Of a stretch of 64,000 nt of DNA, positions 32,687-43,160 are shown piece by piece. A model generated the notes under the pieces. It saw only the letters and a program-made list of their open reading frames with translations, had not been told where the DNA came from and did no database searches. The stretch lies in NCBI GenBank assembly GCA_963846525.1, contig CAWJWE010000008.1:2319-66318 (forward strand), in the 5' to 3' direction. The position numbers were made by a program, and so were the translations under genes. The DNA is from an uncultured Actinomycetota bacterium (GTDB taxonomy: Bacteria; Actinomycetota; Actinomycetes; JACCUZ01). The first letter of the stretch is position 1. Each line of letters opens with the position of its first letter.

Positions 32687-34056
32687 GCGACGTGCTCGTG
32701 ATCGAGGGCGCGACGGTCTGCACCGTGGACGCCGCGGGTACCGAGCACCCGGCCGGGCACGTCGTGGTCGAGGGCAACCGGATCAGCGCGGTCGGTGCCG
32801 GGCCGGCACCGGAGGAGGTACGCCGGGCGGCGGACCGCGTCCTCGACGCGACCGGCTGCCTGCTCACGCCAGGCCTGGTCAACACCCACCAGCACCTCTA
32901 CCAGTGGGCGACCCGCGGGCTGGCCGTCGACGCGACGCTGTTCGAGTGGCTCACCGAGCTCTACCCGGTGTGGGCCGGCATCGACGAGGAGGTCGTGCGG
33001 GCCGCGTCGGCTGCGGCGCTCGGCTGGCTGGCACGCACCGGCTGCACGACGAGCACCGACCACCACTACGTGTTCCCGGCCGGCGGCGGTGACCTGCTCG
33101 CGGCCGAGATCGGCGCAGCGGCGGCGGTGGGGCTGCGCTTCCACCCGACCCGCGGGTCGATGGACCTCGGCGCCAGCCAGGGCGGGTTGCCGCCCGACTC
33201 GGTGGTCGAGGACCTGGACGCCGTCCTGGACGCGACCGAGTCGGCGATCACCCGGTTCCACGACCCGTCGTACGACTCGATGCTGCGGGTGGCGGTGGCG
33301 CCCTGCTCGCCGTTCTCGGTGACCGCGAAGCTGATGACCGAGGCGGCCGACCTGGCCCGCCGGCACGGCGTGCGGCTGCACACCCACCTGGCCGAGACCG
33401 TCGACGAGGAGACGTTCTGCGCGCGAACGGTTCGGCGCGACCCCCACCGAGTACGTCGACTCGCTGGGCTGGCTCGGTCCGGACGTCTGGATGGCCCATG
33501 CCGTGCACCTCGACGACGCGGCCGTGGCCCGGTTCGGCGCCACCGGCACCGGCGTCGCGCACTGCCCGTCGAGCAACGCCCGGCTCGGCGCCGGCATCGC
33601 CCGCACCCGGGACCTGGTCGACGCCGGCGTCCCGGTCGGGCTCGGGGTCGACGGTGCGGCGTCCAACGAGGCCGGCTCGCTGCTTGGAGGAGCTGCGGCA
33701 CGCGGCGTTGTTCGCCCGGGCCCGCGGCGGGCCGACCGCGCTCTCGGTGCGCGAGGCGCTGCGGCTGGCGACGTACGGCGGCGCCCAGGTGCTCGGCCGG
33801 GCCGACGAGATCGGGTCGATCGAGGTCGGCAAGCTCGCCGACCTCGCCGCTGTGGCGGCTCGACACGCTGCCGCACGCGGGCATCGCCGACCCGGTCGCG
33901 GCGCTAGCCCTCGGCTCGGCGCCGCCGCTCGAGCTGCTGCTGGTCGACGGTCGCGCGGTGGTGGAGCAGGACCGGCTGGTGACGGTCGACGAGGAGGAGC
34001 TGGCGCGGGACGCGGCGTCGGCGTCCCGGCGGCTGCTCGAGAGGAGCTCCCGATGA
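32683..34056 (+). pseudogene. amidohydrolase (guanine / 8-oxoguanine deaminase-like); at least 3 frameshifts
   Basis: GTG 32683 overlaps the Fe-S subunit stop (GTGA). LTPGLVNTHQHLYQ metal-binding HxH, RLHTHLAET, MAHAVHLDD, VAHCPSSNARLG, GLGVDGAASN spread over three frames. Confidence 0.8.
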
Positions 34057-36342
34057 CGGCACCCGTCAGCACCCCGGTGCGCACCGACGGCGGCGTCGGC
34101 ACCGACGCGGCCCGGCCGGACGGCACCCTGAAGGTCACCGGCGAGTTCGCCTACGGCAGCGACCTGTGGGCCGACGAGATGCTCTGGGGCGTCACCCTGC
34201 GCAGCCCGTACCCGGCCGCCCGGATCAGGTCCATCGACCTCGGGCCGGCGCTGGCCGTGCCCGGCGTCTATGCCGTGCTCACAGCCGACGACGTCCCCGG
34301 CGACAAGCGGTACGGGCTGGAGTTCCAGGACCAGCCGGTGCTGGCGATGGACGTCGTGCGCTACCAGGGCGAGCCGGTCGCGCTGGTCGCGGCCGAGCAC
34401 CCGGAGACGGCCCGGCGGGCCGCCGCGCGGATCGTCGTCGACTACGAGGAGCTCGAGCCGGTCACCGACGCCCGGGTCGCGCTGGGGCACGCGGCCCGCG
34501 AGGTGCACCCGGAGCCGACGCCGGTCGTGGAGCGCAGCCGGGAGGCGGCGCCGCTGCACCCGCACGGCAACCTGATCCGGCACCTGAAGATCCGCAAGGG
34601 CGGCCGCGGACGCCACCGCGGACGTCGTGGTCGAGGGCGACTACGAGGTCGGCATGCAGGACCAGGCGTTCCTCGGCCCGGAGTCCGGTCTCGCGGTGCC
34701 GGCCGAGGACGGTGGCGTCGACCTGTACGTCGCCACCCAGTGGCTGCACGTCGACCAGCAGCAGATCTGCGGCGCCCTCGGCCTGCCACCCGAGAAGGTG
34801 CGCCTCACCCTCGCCGGTGTCGGCGGGGCGTTCGGCGGCCGCGAGGACCTCTCGATGCACGTGCACGCCTGCCTGCTCGCGATGCACACCGGCAAGCCGG
34901 TGAAGATGTCGTACAACCGCGAGGAGTCGTTCTTCGGTCACGTGCACCGGCACCCGGCCCGGCTGCACTACGAGCACGGGTTCACCCGGGCCGGTGACCT
35001 GGTCTTCGTCCGCGCCACGATCTGGCTCGACGGCGGGGCCTACGCATCCAGCAGCGCGGCCGTCGTCGGCAACGCCGGGCTGATGGGCATCGGCCCCTAC
35101 GTCGTGCCGAACGTGCACATGGACTGCTACGGCGCCTACACGAACAACCCGCCGTGTGGCGCGATGCGTGGCTTCGGCGCGGTCCAGGCGGCGTTCGCCT
35201 ACGAGTCGCAGATGGACAAGGGAGCGGCCGCGCTCGGCATCGACCCGGTCGAGCTGCGCTGCCGCAACGCCATGGAGGAAGGCTCGATCGCGCCGACCGG
35301 GCAGGTGGTCGACAGCCCCGCACCGGTGGCCGACCTGCTCCGCCGGCTGGAGGCGATGCCGCTGCCGCCGGACCGGGTCGGCGAGGACCTTCGCCAGCTG
35401 CCCGGAGGGGTGGCGAACTCCACCCACGGCGAGGGCGTACGCCGGGGCATCGGCTACGCGGTGGCGTACAAGAACATCGGGTTCTCCGAGGGCTTCGACG
35501 ACTACTCGACCGCCCGGGTACGGCTCGAGGTGACGGCGGGCGAGCCGGTGGTCACCGTGCACACCGCGGCGGCCGAGGTGGGGCAGGGCCTGGTCACCGT
35601 GCAGCAGCAGATCGCGCGCACCGAGCTGGGTGTCGAGCGGGTCGTGGTCGCACCTGCGGACACCGCGGTGGGCAGCGGCGGATCGTCGTCGGCGTCCCGG
35701 CAGACCTACGTGACGGGTGGTGCAGTGCGCGAGGCGTGCCGGAGGGTGCGCGACCGGGTGCTCGCCCGCTCCGGGGTGTCGTCCTGGGACGAGGTCGACA
35801 CCGACACGCTGGTGGCCGCACTGGGGGGCGACGCGGTCGAGGAGACCGTCGAGTGGCGGCACCGGCCCACCGAGGCCGTCGACCCGTCCACCGGACAAGG
35901 CAACGCGCACGTGCAGTACGCGTTCGCCGCCCACCGCGCGGTCGTCGACGTGGACGTCGAGCTGGGCCTGGTCAAGGTCGTCGAGCTGGCGTGCACCCAG
36001 GACGTCGGCAAGGCGGTCAACCCGCAGGCGGTCGTCGGGCAGATCCACGGCGGCAGCGCGCAAGGGCTGGGGCTGGCGCTGATGGAGGAGGTCGTCGTCC
36101 AGGACGGCATCATCCGCAACCCGTCCTTCACCGACTACCTGATCCCGACCATCCTCGACATGCCGCCGATGACCGTGGAGGTCCTCGAGCTGCCGGACCC
36201 ACACGCGCCGTACGGGCTGCGCGGCGTCGGCGAGCCGCCCACCATCTCCTCGGGGCCGGCGGTGCTGTCCGCGGTCCGTGCGGCGACCGGGCAGTTCCTC
36301 AGCCGGGTGCCGATCCGACCCGAGCACATCTGCGGCACCTGA
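34053..36342 (+). pseudogene. xanthine dehydrogenase family molybdopterin-binding subunit; 1 frameshift near ~34610
   Basis: ATG 34053 overlaps the upstream stop (ATGA). [49 protein letters not shown]. Confidence 0.9.
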
Positions 36343-36352
36343 GTCACGCCGG

Positions 36353-37709
36353 ATGACCGACCTCGTGCTGCACGCCCCCCGTGCCGTGCTGCCAGCCGCG
36401 GCCGGGGAGCAAGCGGTGACCGTCACCGTCGTGGGCGGTCGGATCGTGGGCGTCGGGCCGCTGGACCGCTCGGTCACCGGCCGACCGAACGGCGAGGTGG
36501 TCGAGCTCGGCGACGACGTCGTCCTGCTGCCCGGGCTGGTCGACACCCACGTGCACGTGAACGAGCCCGGCCGCACCGAGTGGGAGGGCTTCGCCTCGGC
36601 GACCCGCGCCGCGGCGGCCGGTGGCGTGACGACGATCGTCGACATGCCGCTGAACAGCCTGCCGCCGACGCTGGACCCCGAGGCGCTGGCGGTCAAGCGG
36701 GCGGCGGCCGAGGGCAAGTGCTTGGTGGACGTCGGCTTCTGGGGCGGCGCCGTGCCCGGCAACCTCGGCCGGCTGGGCGCGCTGCTCGACGCCGGGGTGA
36801 TGGGCGTCAAGTGCTTCCTGCCCGACTCCGGGGTCGAGGAGTTCCCGGCGTTGTCGTCGGCCGGATTGCTCGCCGCGGCCGAGGAGGTGGCGGCGGCCGA
36901 CGGACTGCTGCTCGTGCACGCCGAGGACCCCGGCGTCCTGTCCGGGGCGCCGGCGGCAGCCGGCCCGGCGTACCGGACGTTTCTCGCGTCGCGCCCGCAC
37001 AGCGCCGAGGACCGCGCGATCGACGCCGTCATCGACGCGGCCAGGCGGACCGGGGCGCGGCTGCACGTCGTGCACCTCTCGAGCGCCGCGGCCCTGCCGG
37101 CGCTGGCGGCCGCCAAGGCCGACGGTGTGCGGGTGACGGTCGAGACCTGCCCGCACTACCTGGTGCTGCGCGCCGAGGACGTGCCGGACGGGGCGACGTC
37201 GTTCAAGTGCTGCCCGCCGGTGCGCGACGAGGCCAACCGGGAAGCGCTCTGGGCCGGCCTGGCCGACGGCACCATCGACCTCGTCGTCAGCGACCACTCG
37301 CCGTGCACCGCCGAGCTCAAGCACCTCGACACCGGCGACTTCGGCACCGCCTGGGGCGGCATCTCCTCGCTGCAGCTCGGGCTGCCCGCTGGTGTGGACC
37401 GAGGCGCGCCGGCGCGGGCACTCGCCGGCCGACGTGGTGCGCTGGATGTCGTCAGGACCGGCCGGGCTGGTGGGTCTCACCAGGAAGGGCGGGATCAGGG
37501 CCGGGGCGGCGGCCGACCTCGTCGCGTTCGACCCGGATGCCGAGCAGGTGGTCGACCCGTCGCGGCTGCACCACCGCAACGCGGTGTCGCCGTACGCCGG
37601 TGCGCGGCTCACCGGCGTGGTGCGCGGGACGTGGTTGGCTGGGGCGCCGGTCGGCGCGGACCGGCCGGGTCCGGCGACCGGACGGCTGCTGTCGAGAGGG
37701 GAGGCGTGA
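36353..37709 (+). pseudogene. allB: allantoinase; 1 frameshift near ~37390
   Basis: [58 protein letters not shown]. The C-terminus is in ORF 37392..37709. Confidence 0.9.
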
Positions 37710-38747
37710 TGGCCCAGGAGGAGGCGACCGGCCAGGACCCGCTGGCCCTGCCGGACCTCGCGGTGCGGACCTTCGGCGGCGCCGTGGTGTGGGCCAACGA
37801 CGAGCTGTTCGCCGGGCGGGAGAACCTGATCAACCCCGGACCTGCCGCGTTCACGCCGCGGACGTTCGGTGCGAAGGGTCAGGTCTACGACGGCTGGGAG
37901 ACCCGGCGGCGACGCGAGCCCGGCCACGACGAGGCCATCGTGCGGCTCGGTGCGCCCGGTGTGGTGCGCGCCGTGGTCGTCGACACCAGCCACTTCACCG
38001 GCAACTTCCCGAGCGAGGCGTCGGTCGAGGGGCTGGCCGTCGACGGGCAACCGGCCGTGGCCGCTCTGCGCGAGGCCGAGTGGACCACGCTGGTCGAGCG
38101 CTCGCCGCTCCAGGGCGACACCGCGAACGTCTTCGCCGTCTCGTCGGCGAGACGGTGGACCCACCTGCGTCTCACCATCCATCCGGACGGCGGCGTGGCC
38201 CGGCTGCGGGTGCACGGCCAGGTCGTCGCCGACCCGCGGCCGATCGAGGCGCTCGGCACCATCGACCTCGCCGCGCTCGACCTCGGCGGCCGGGTCACCG
38301 GCTGCAGCAACCTGTTCTACGGGTCGCCGGACCGGCTGATCGCGCCCGGGCTGGCCCGGTCGATGGGCGAGGGCTGGGAGACCGCGCGGCGGCGCGACGA
38401 CGGCAACGACTGGGTCGAGGTGCGGCTGGCCGCGCGCGGCTCGGTGCGCGTCGTCGAGCTGGACACGACATGGTTCCTGGGGAACGCGCCCGGGGCGGCC
38501 GCCCTCTCGGCGTACGACGGCGACGGCGACCGCGCCGATCCTGGGTCGTGGTTCCCGCTGCTGGAACGCACCGCGCTGCAGCCGGACACCCGGCACCGTT
38601 TCGTGCTCGCCGAGCCGTCGGCGCCGGCCAGCCACGTGCGCCTCGACGTCTACCCGGACGGCGGGATGGCCCGGCTGCGGCTCTGGGGTCGGCCCGACCG
38701 ACGACGGGCTGGCCGCGCTGCGGGACCGGTGGGACGCGACCGGATGA
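37709..38747 (+). pseudogene. alc: allantoicase; 1 frameshift near ~38695
   Basis: ATG 37709 overlaps the allB stop. Two repeats: [10 protein letters not shown]...[10 protein letters not shown]...[13 protein letters not shown] and EGWETARRR...[10 protein letters not shown]...[13 protein letters not shown]. The reconstructed tail [15 protein letters not shown] ends at 38747. Confidence 0.85.
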
Positions 38748-39984
38748 TCCTGCCCGACGACGTCCTGCGCGAGCTGGACGACCTGCTCGCCCCTGCCGAT
38801 GCGGCGCTGGCCGCGGGCTGGCCCGGAGAGCCGGCCGGTCGGCAGCCGGTGCACACGCTGTACCTGCCGGCCGACCGGGCCGCCGCCGACGTCGTGACCC
38901 GGGCCGGCGCCGACGCGCTGGACGCGGTGGCCGCCGAGGACGCCGGGTCGATGGCGCGGATCACCGGGCTGGCCGCCGCGGTGGTCGACGAGGTGTGGCC
39001 GCGGGTGCTGGCCAAGCTGGCGGGCGAGCCGGTCGAGGACCTTCGGCTGGACCTCGAGGACGGCTACGGCGCGCGACCTGACGACGAGGAGGACCGGCAT
39101 GCGCGGCTCGCCGGCGAGGTCCTCGCCGGGCTGGGCGGTGCGGGCGCGCCGTTCGTCAGCGGGGTCCGCATCAAGTCGCTGGAGGCGCCGACCCGGCGGC
39201 GCGGCGTGCGCTCGCTGGACCTGGTGCTCGGGGCGTTCGGCGGCGCGCCGCCGGCCGGCTTCGTCGTCACCCTGCCGAAGGTCACCTCGGTCGACCAGGT
39301 GCGGGCGATGGTGCTGCTCTGCGAGCGGCTCGAGGCCGCGCACGGCCTGCCGCCCTCGTCGCTGCGCTTCGAGGTGCAGGTCGAGACGCCGCAGGCGGTG
39401 CTCGGTGCCGACGGGACGGCGACCGTCGCGCGCGCCGTGCACGCAGCCGGCGGGCGGTGCACCGGCCTGCACTACGGCACGTACGACTACAGCGCGTCGC
39501 TCGGTGTCGCCGCCGCGCACCAGTCGATGGAGCACCCGGTCGCCGACCACGCGAAGGCGGTGATGCAGGTGGCGGCGGCGCAGACCGGCGTGCGGGTGAG
39601 CGACGGGTCGACCAACGTGCTGCCGCTCGGTGACCGGGCGCACGTCGAGGCGGCCTGGGCGCTGCACGCGCGACTGGTGCGGCGGTCGCTGGAGCGCGGC
39701 ATCTACCAGGGCTGGGACCTGCACCCCGCGCAGCTGCCGACCCGCTACCTCGCGACGTTCGCGTTCTACCGGGAGCGGGCTGGCCGCCGCGGTCGCGCGG
39801 CTGCGCGGCTACCTGGACCGGCAGTCGGGTGGGGTGCTCGACGAGCCGGCGACGGCGTTCGCGCTGGCTGGGTTCCTTCTGCGCGGCCTCGACTGCGGGG
39901 CACTGGACGCCGACGAGGTCGCGGCGGCCGGCGGCCCGGACGGCGACACGCTCCGGCGGCTGGCCCGGCGCGACGGGGCGCAGC
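38744..39984 (+). pseudogene. HpcH/HpaI aldolase - citrate lyase beta (CitE)-like TIM-barrel protein, function unknown; 1 frameshift near ~39775, 3' boundary undefined
   Basis: ATG 38744 in an ATGA overlap with the alc stop. [56 protein letters not shown]. It continues in the frame of ORF 39630..40034. No stop codon precedes the uraD motifs. Confidence 0.6.
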
Positions 39985-39986
39985 CG

Positions 39987-40466
39987 TGGCTCGACACATT
40001 GCCAGCGGGCGAGCTCCGGTCGAGGCGCTGCTGACGGTGTGCGCCTCACCCGCGCTGGGCCGACCTGGTCGCCGCCGCCGCGCCCTACCGCTCTGCCGAC
40101 GGGCTGCTCGCTGCCGCCGAGCGTGCTCTCGGCGCTCTCGCCGAGCAGGACGTCGACGATGCCCTGGCCGGCCACCCCCGGATCGGTGAGCGGTCCGCCC
40201 ACGCGGCCTCGCAGCGCGAGCAGGCCGGTGTCGGCGACGCCGTGAAGGACGCGCTGGCCGAGGGGAACCGCGAGTACGAGAACCGGTTCGGCCACGTCTA
40301 CCTGGTCTGCGCCAGTGGTCGCAGCGGCGAGGAGCTGCTCGACGTGCTGCGCTCCCGGCTCGGCAACGACCCGGCGCACGAGCGCACCGTCGTGCGTACC
40401 GAGCTCGGCAGCATCAACCGGCTGCGGCTGCAGCGTCTGCTGGACGAAGGAGGACCGACCCGATGA
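39987..40466 (+). pseudogene. uraD: 2-oxo-4-hydroxy-4-carboxy-5-ureidoimidazoline (OHCU) decarboxylase; 1-2 frameshifts, start undefined
   Basis: LDTLPAGE / [11 protein letters not shown] / [12 protein letters not shown] in alternating frames, then GHPRIGER...SQREQAG...NREYENRFGHVYLVCASGRSGEELL. The stop overlaps the uraH start. Confidence 0.8.
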
Positions 40467-40784
40467 GCGTGGTGACCACCCACGTGCTGGACTGCCGTGA
40501 CCGGCCTGCCGGCCCGCGGCGTCGCGGTGCGGATCGAGGGGCGCGACCTGATGGTCGAGGCACGCACCGACGACGACGGCCGGGTCCGCGAGCTCGGCCC
40601 GGACCGGCTGGACCCCGGCACCTACCGGGTGGTCTTCGCGACCGGCGACTGGTTCGCCGCGCAAGGCCGCGAGACCTTCTACCCGGAGGTCGTCGTGAGC
40701 TTCACCGTCGACGACCCGGACGGTCACCTGCATGTGCCGCTGCTGCTGTCGCCGTACGCCTACTCGACCTACCGAGGGAGCTGA
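40463..40784 (+). pseudogene. uraH: 5-hydroxyisourate hydrolase (transthyretin-like); 1 frameshift near ~40493
   Basis: MSVVTTHVLD, then in ORF 40497..40784 VTGLPARGVAVRI...YRVVFATGDWF...HLHVPLLLSPYAYSTYRGS (canonical C-terminal YRGS). Confidence 0.85.
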
Positions 40785-40787
40785 GCC

Positions 40788-41684
40788 GTGGGCATCGTGC
40801 TCGGGGACAACCGCTACGGCAAGGCGGAGACGCGGCTGGTGCGGGTGGTGCGGGACACGGCGCGGCACGAGATCCGCGACCTGACCGTGTCGACGTCCCT
40901 CCGTGGCGACTTCACCGCCGCGCACGTCGAGGGCGACCAGCTCGACATCCTGCCGACGGACACCCAGAAGAACACCGTCTACGCGTTCGCGAAGGAGCGA
41001 GGGGTCGGCGCGACGGAGGAGTTCGCCCGCGAGCTGGCCCGGCACTTCGTCGACGACGTCGGGCCGGTCACCTCGGCGCAGGTGGTGGTCGAGGAGCAGG
41101 GCTGGGAACGCGCGTCGGTCGACGGGCGGCCGCACGACCACACCTTCGTGCGCACCGGCGCCGAGACCCGCACGGCGGTGGTCACGGCATACGACGGCGG
41201 CGAGCATGTGGTGTCCGGGCTGACCGGCCTGGTGCTGCTGAAGTCGACCGGCTCGGAGTTCACCGGGTTCCTGGTCGACGACCTCACCACCCTGCCGCCG
41301 ACCACCGACCGGGTCCTCGCTACCGCGCTGACCGCGCGCTGGCGATGGGCCGCGGTCCCCACTGACGGCTACGACGCGGCGTACGCCGAGGTCCGGGCGC
41401 TGCTCGTCTCGCGGTTCGGCAGCCTGCACAGCCTGGCCCTGCAGCAGACGCTGTGGGAGATGGGCCGGACGGTCCTCGAGGCCCGGGCCGACATCGCCGA
41501 GCTGCGGATGTCGGCGCCGAACAAGCACCACTACCTCGTCGACCTCGCGCCGTTCGGCCTGGAGAACCCGGGCGAGGTCTTCAACGCCGGCGACCGGCCC
41601 TACGGGCTGATCGAGGTCGCAGTCGGCCGGGACGAGGAAGCGCCGCAGCCGGAGGCCTGGCGCGACGTCCCCGGGTTCGTCTGA
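40788..41684 (+). CDS. uox: urate oxidase (uricase)
   Basis: Intact, 298 aa. NRYGKAETRLVRV, PTDTQKNTVYAFAKE, LLKSTGSEFTGF, LQQTLWEM, SAPNKHH. Confidence 0.92.
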   Translation: MGIVLGDNRYGKAETRLVRVVRDTARHEIRDLTVSTSLRGDFTAAHVEGDQLDILPTDTQKNTVYAFAKERGVGATEEFARELARHFVDDVGPVTSAQVVVEEQGWERASVDGRPHDHTFVRTGAETRTAVVTAYDGGEHVVSGLTGLVLLKSTGSEFTGFLVDDLTTLPPTTDRVLATALTARWRWAAVPTDGYDAAYAEVRALLVSRFGSLHSLALQQTLWEMGRTVLEARADIAELRMSAPNKHHYLVDLAPFGLENPGEVFNAGDRPYGLIEVAVGRDEEAPQPEAWRDVPGFV

Positions 41685-42238
41685 TGGCCCTGACGCAGTA
41701 CAACACCGCTACCAGCATCGACGGGTTCATCGCCGACGAGAACGGCTCGCTGGACTGGCTGTTCGAGGTGCCGGCCGACGGCAGGTCGCGCTTCGCCGGC
41801 TTCATGGCCGAGGTCGGCGCCATGGCGATGGGCTCGACGACCTACCAGTGGGTCCTCGACCACGAGCGGGTGCTCGAGGAGCCGGCCAAGTGGACCGGCT
41901 GGTACGGCGACCGCCCGTCCTGGGTGTTCACCCACCGCGACCTGCCCGCCGTGCCCGGCGCGGACATCAGCTTCGTGCAGGGCGATGTCCGGCCGGTGCA
42001 CGCCGAGATGGTCCAGGCCGCGGGCGGTCGCAACATCTGGCTGGTCGGCGGCGGCGACCTGGTCGGCCAGTTCGCCGACCACGGCCTGCTGGACGAGATC
42101 ATCCTCGGGGTCGCGCCGGTGACCCTCGGCGGCGGTGCGCCGCTGCTGCCGCGTCGCCTGACCGGGACGGCGCTGGCGCTGGCCGGCGTAGAGGTGGTCG
42201 ACGACGCGTTCGTCGAGCTCCGCTACCGCGTCGGGTAG
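41684..42238 (+). CDS. dihydrofolate reductase family protein (RibD C-terminal domain-like)
   Basis: ATG 41684 shares 1 nt with the uricase stop. TSIDGFIADENGSLDWL, MGSTTYQW, NIWLVGGGDLVGQF, LDEIILGVAPVTLGGG. Confidence 0.85.
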   Translation: MALTQYNTATSIDGFIADENGSLDWLFEVPADGRSRFAGFMAEVGAMAMGSTTYQWVLDHERVLEEPAKWTGWYGDRPSWVFTHRDLPAVPGADISFVQGDVRPVHAEMVQAAGGRNIWLVGGGDLVGQFADHGLLDEIILGVAPVTLGGGAPLLPRRLTGTALALAGVEVVDDAFVELRYRVG

Positions 42239-42248
42239 CGGGGTCGGC

Positions 42249-43136
42249 TCAATCGGCGGTCCCGCTGCGGCGCGCGACGTCGATGATGCTGCTCTCGTTC
42301 GCGTCGCCGAGGCCCATGGCCAGCAGCCGGTCGAGCCCGTCCAGGGCTGCCCGGCCGAACGGTGCGGGCACGCCGAGGGTGTCGGCCAGCCGGACGCCGT
42401 ACTCGGCGTCCTTGCGGCGCAGCCGACCGGAGAACACGACGTCGTGCTCGTGGTCGCCGTCGGCCATCCGGCGGCTGTTGCGCACCACCTGCGGGCTGGC
42501 CGCCTGCCCGGCGGCGATCGCCCGGGCCACCTGGTCGAGGTCGAGACCGGCGCGTTCGGCGAGCGCCATGCCTTCTGCCGCGGACGCGATCTGCACGGCG
42601 CCCATCAGGTTGATGATCAGCTTGTAGACCGTGCCGGCACCGACCGGGCCGAAGTGCAGCTGGTCGTCGGACAGCGCCAGCAGCAGTGGCCTGGCGTCCT
42701 CGAGGTCGGCGGCGTCGGCCCCTATGAGCAAGGTCAGGCGGCCGGCCGCGGCAGCGTCCGGCAGGCCGGTCACCGGGCAGTCGAGGTAGCGCAGCCCACG
42801 GTCGTGCACCGCCGGCGACAGCTCGCGCACCCACCCGTGCGACAACGTCGAGCACTCGATCGCCAAGGCGCCGGGCGCGGGGTCGGCCGCGAGCACGCCG
42901 TCGTTGCCCTGCCACACCGCCCGGGACGCCTGGTCGTCGCTCACCATGACGAACACCGCGGACGCGCCGTCCGCCGCATCCCGGGGACTCGTCGCGAGCC
43001 GGGCGCCGCGCTCGACCAGTGGCGCCGCCTTCTCCCGCGTGCGGTTGTAGACGGTCAGCTCGTGCCCGGACTCCAGGAGGCGACCGGCCATGCCGCTGCC
43101 CATCCGACCGAGACCGATGAACGCGAGAGCTGCCAT
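42249..43136 (-). CDS. NAD(P)-dependent beta-hydroxyacid dehydrogenase (tartronate semialdehyde / 3-hydroxyisobutyrate reductase-like)
   Basis: Intact. FIGLGRMGSGMAGRL Rossmann motif, LDCPVTG, GAGTVYKLIINLM, KDAEYG. Confidence 0.85.
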   Translation of the reverse strand: MAALAFIGLGRMGSGMAGRLLESGHELTVYNRTREKAAPLVERGARLATSPRDAADGASAVFVMVSDDQASRAVWQGNDGVLAADPAPGALAIECSTLSHGWVRELSPAVHDRGLRYLDCPVTGLPDAAAAGRLTLLIGADAADLEDARPLLLALSDDQLHFGPVGAGTVYKLIINLMGAVQIASAAEGMALAERAGLDLDQVARAIAAGQAASPQVVRNSRRMADGDHEHDVVFSGRLRRKDAEYGVRLADTLGVPAPFGRAALDGLDRLLAMGLGDANESSIIDVARRSGTAD

Positions 43137-43160
43137 GCCGCCAAATCTAGGACGTCGGCG

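Noticed and set aside
36278-40189. 1303-aa ORF that could be read as one giant multidomain protein
   Set aside because: It is a concatenation. The frame happens to stay open across allB, alc and the CitE-like gene, and internal ATG/ATGA junctions and frame hops show separate genes. Stop-poor GC-rich DNA produces such run-ons.
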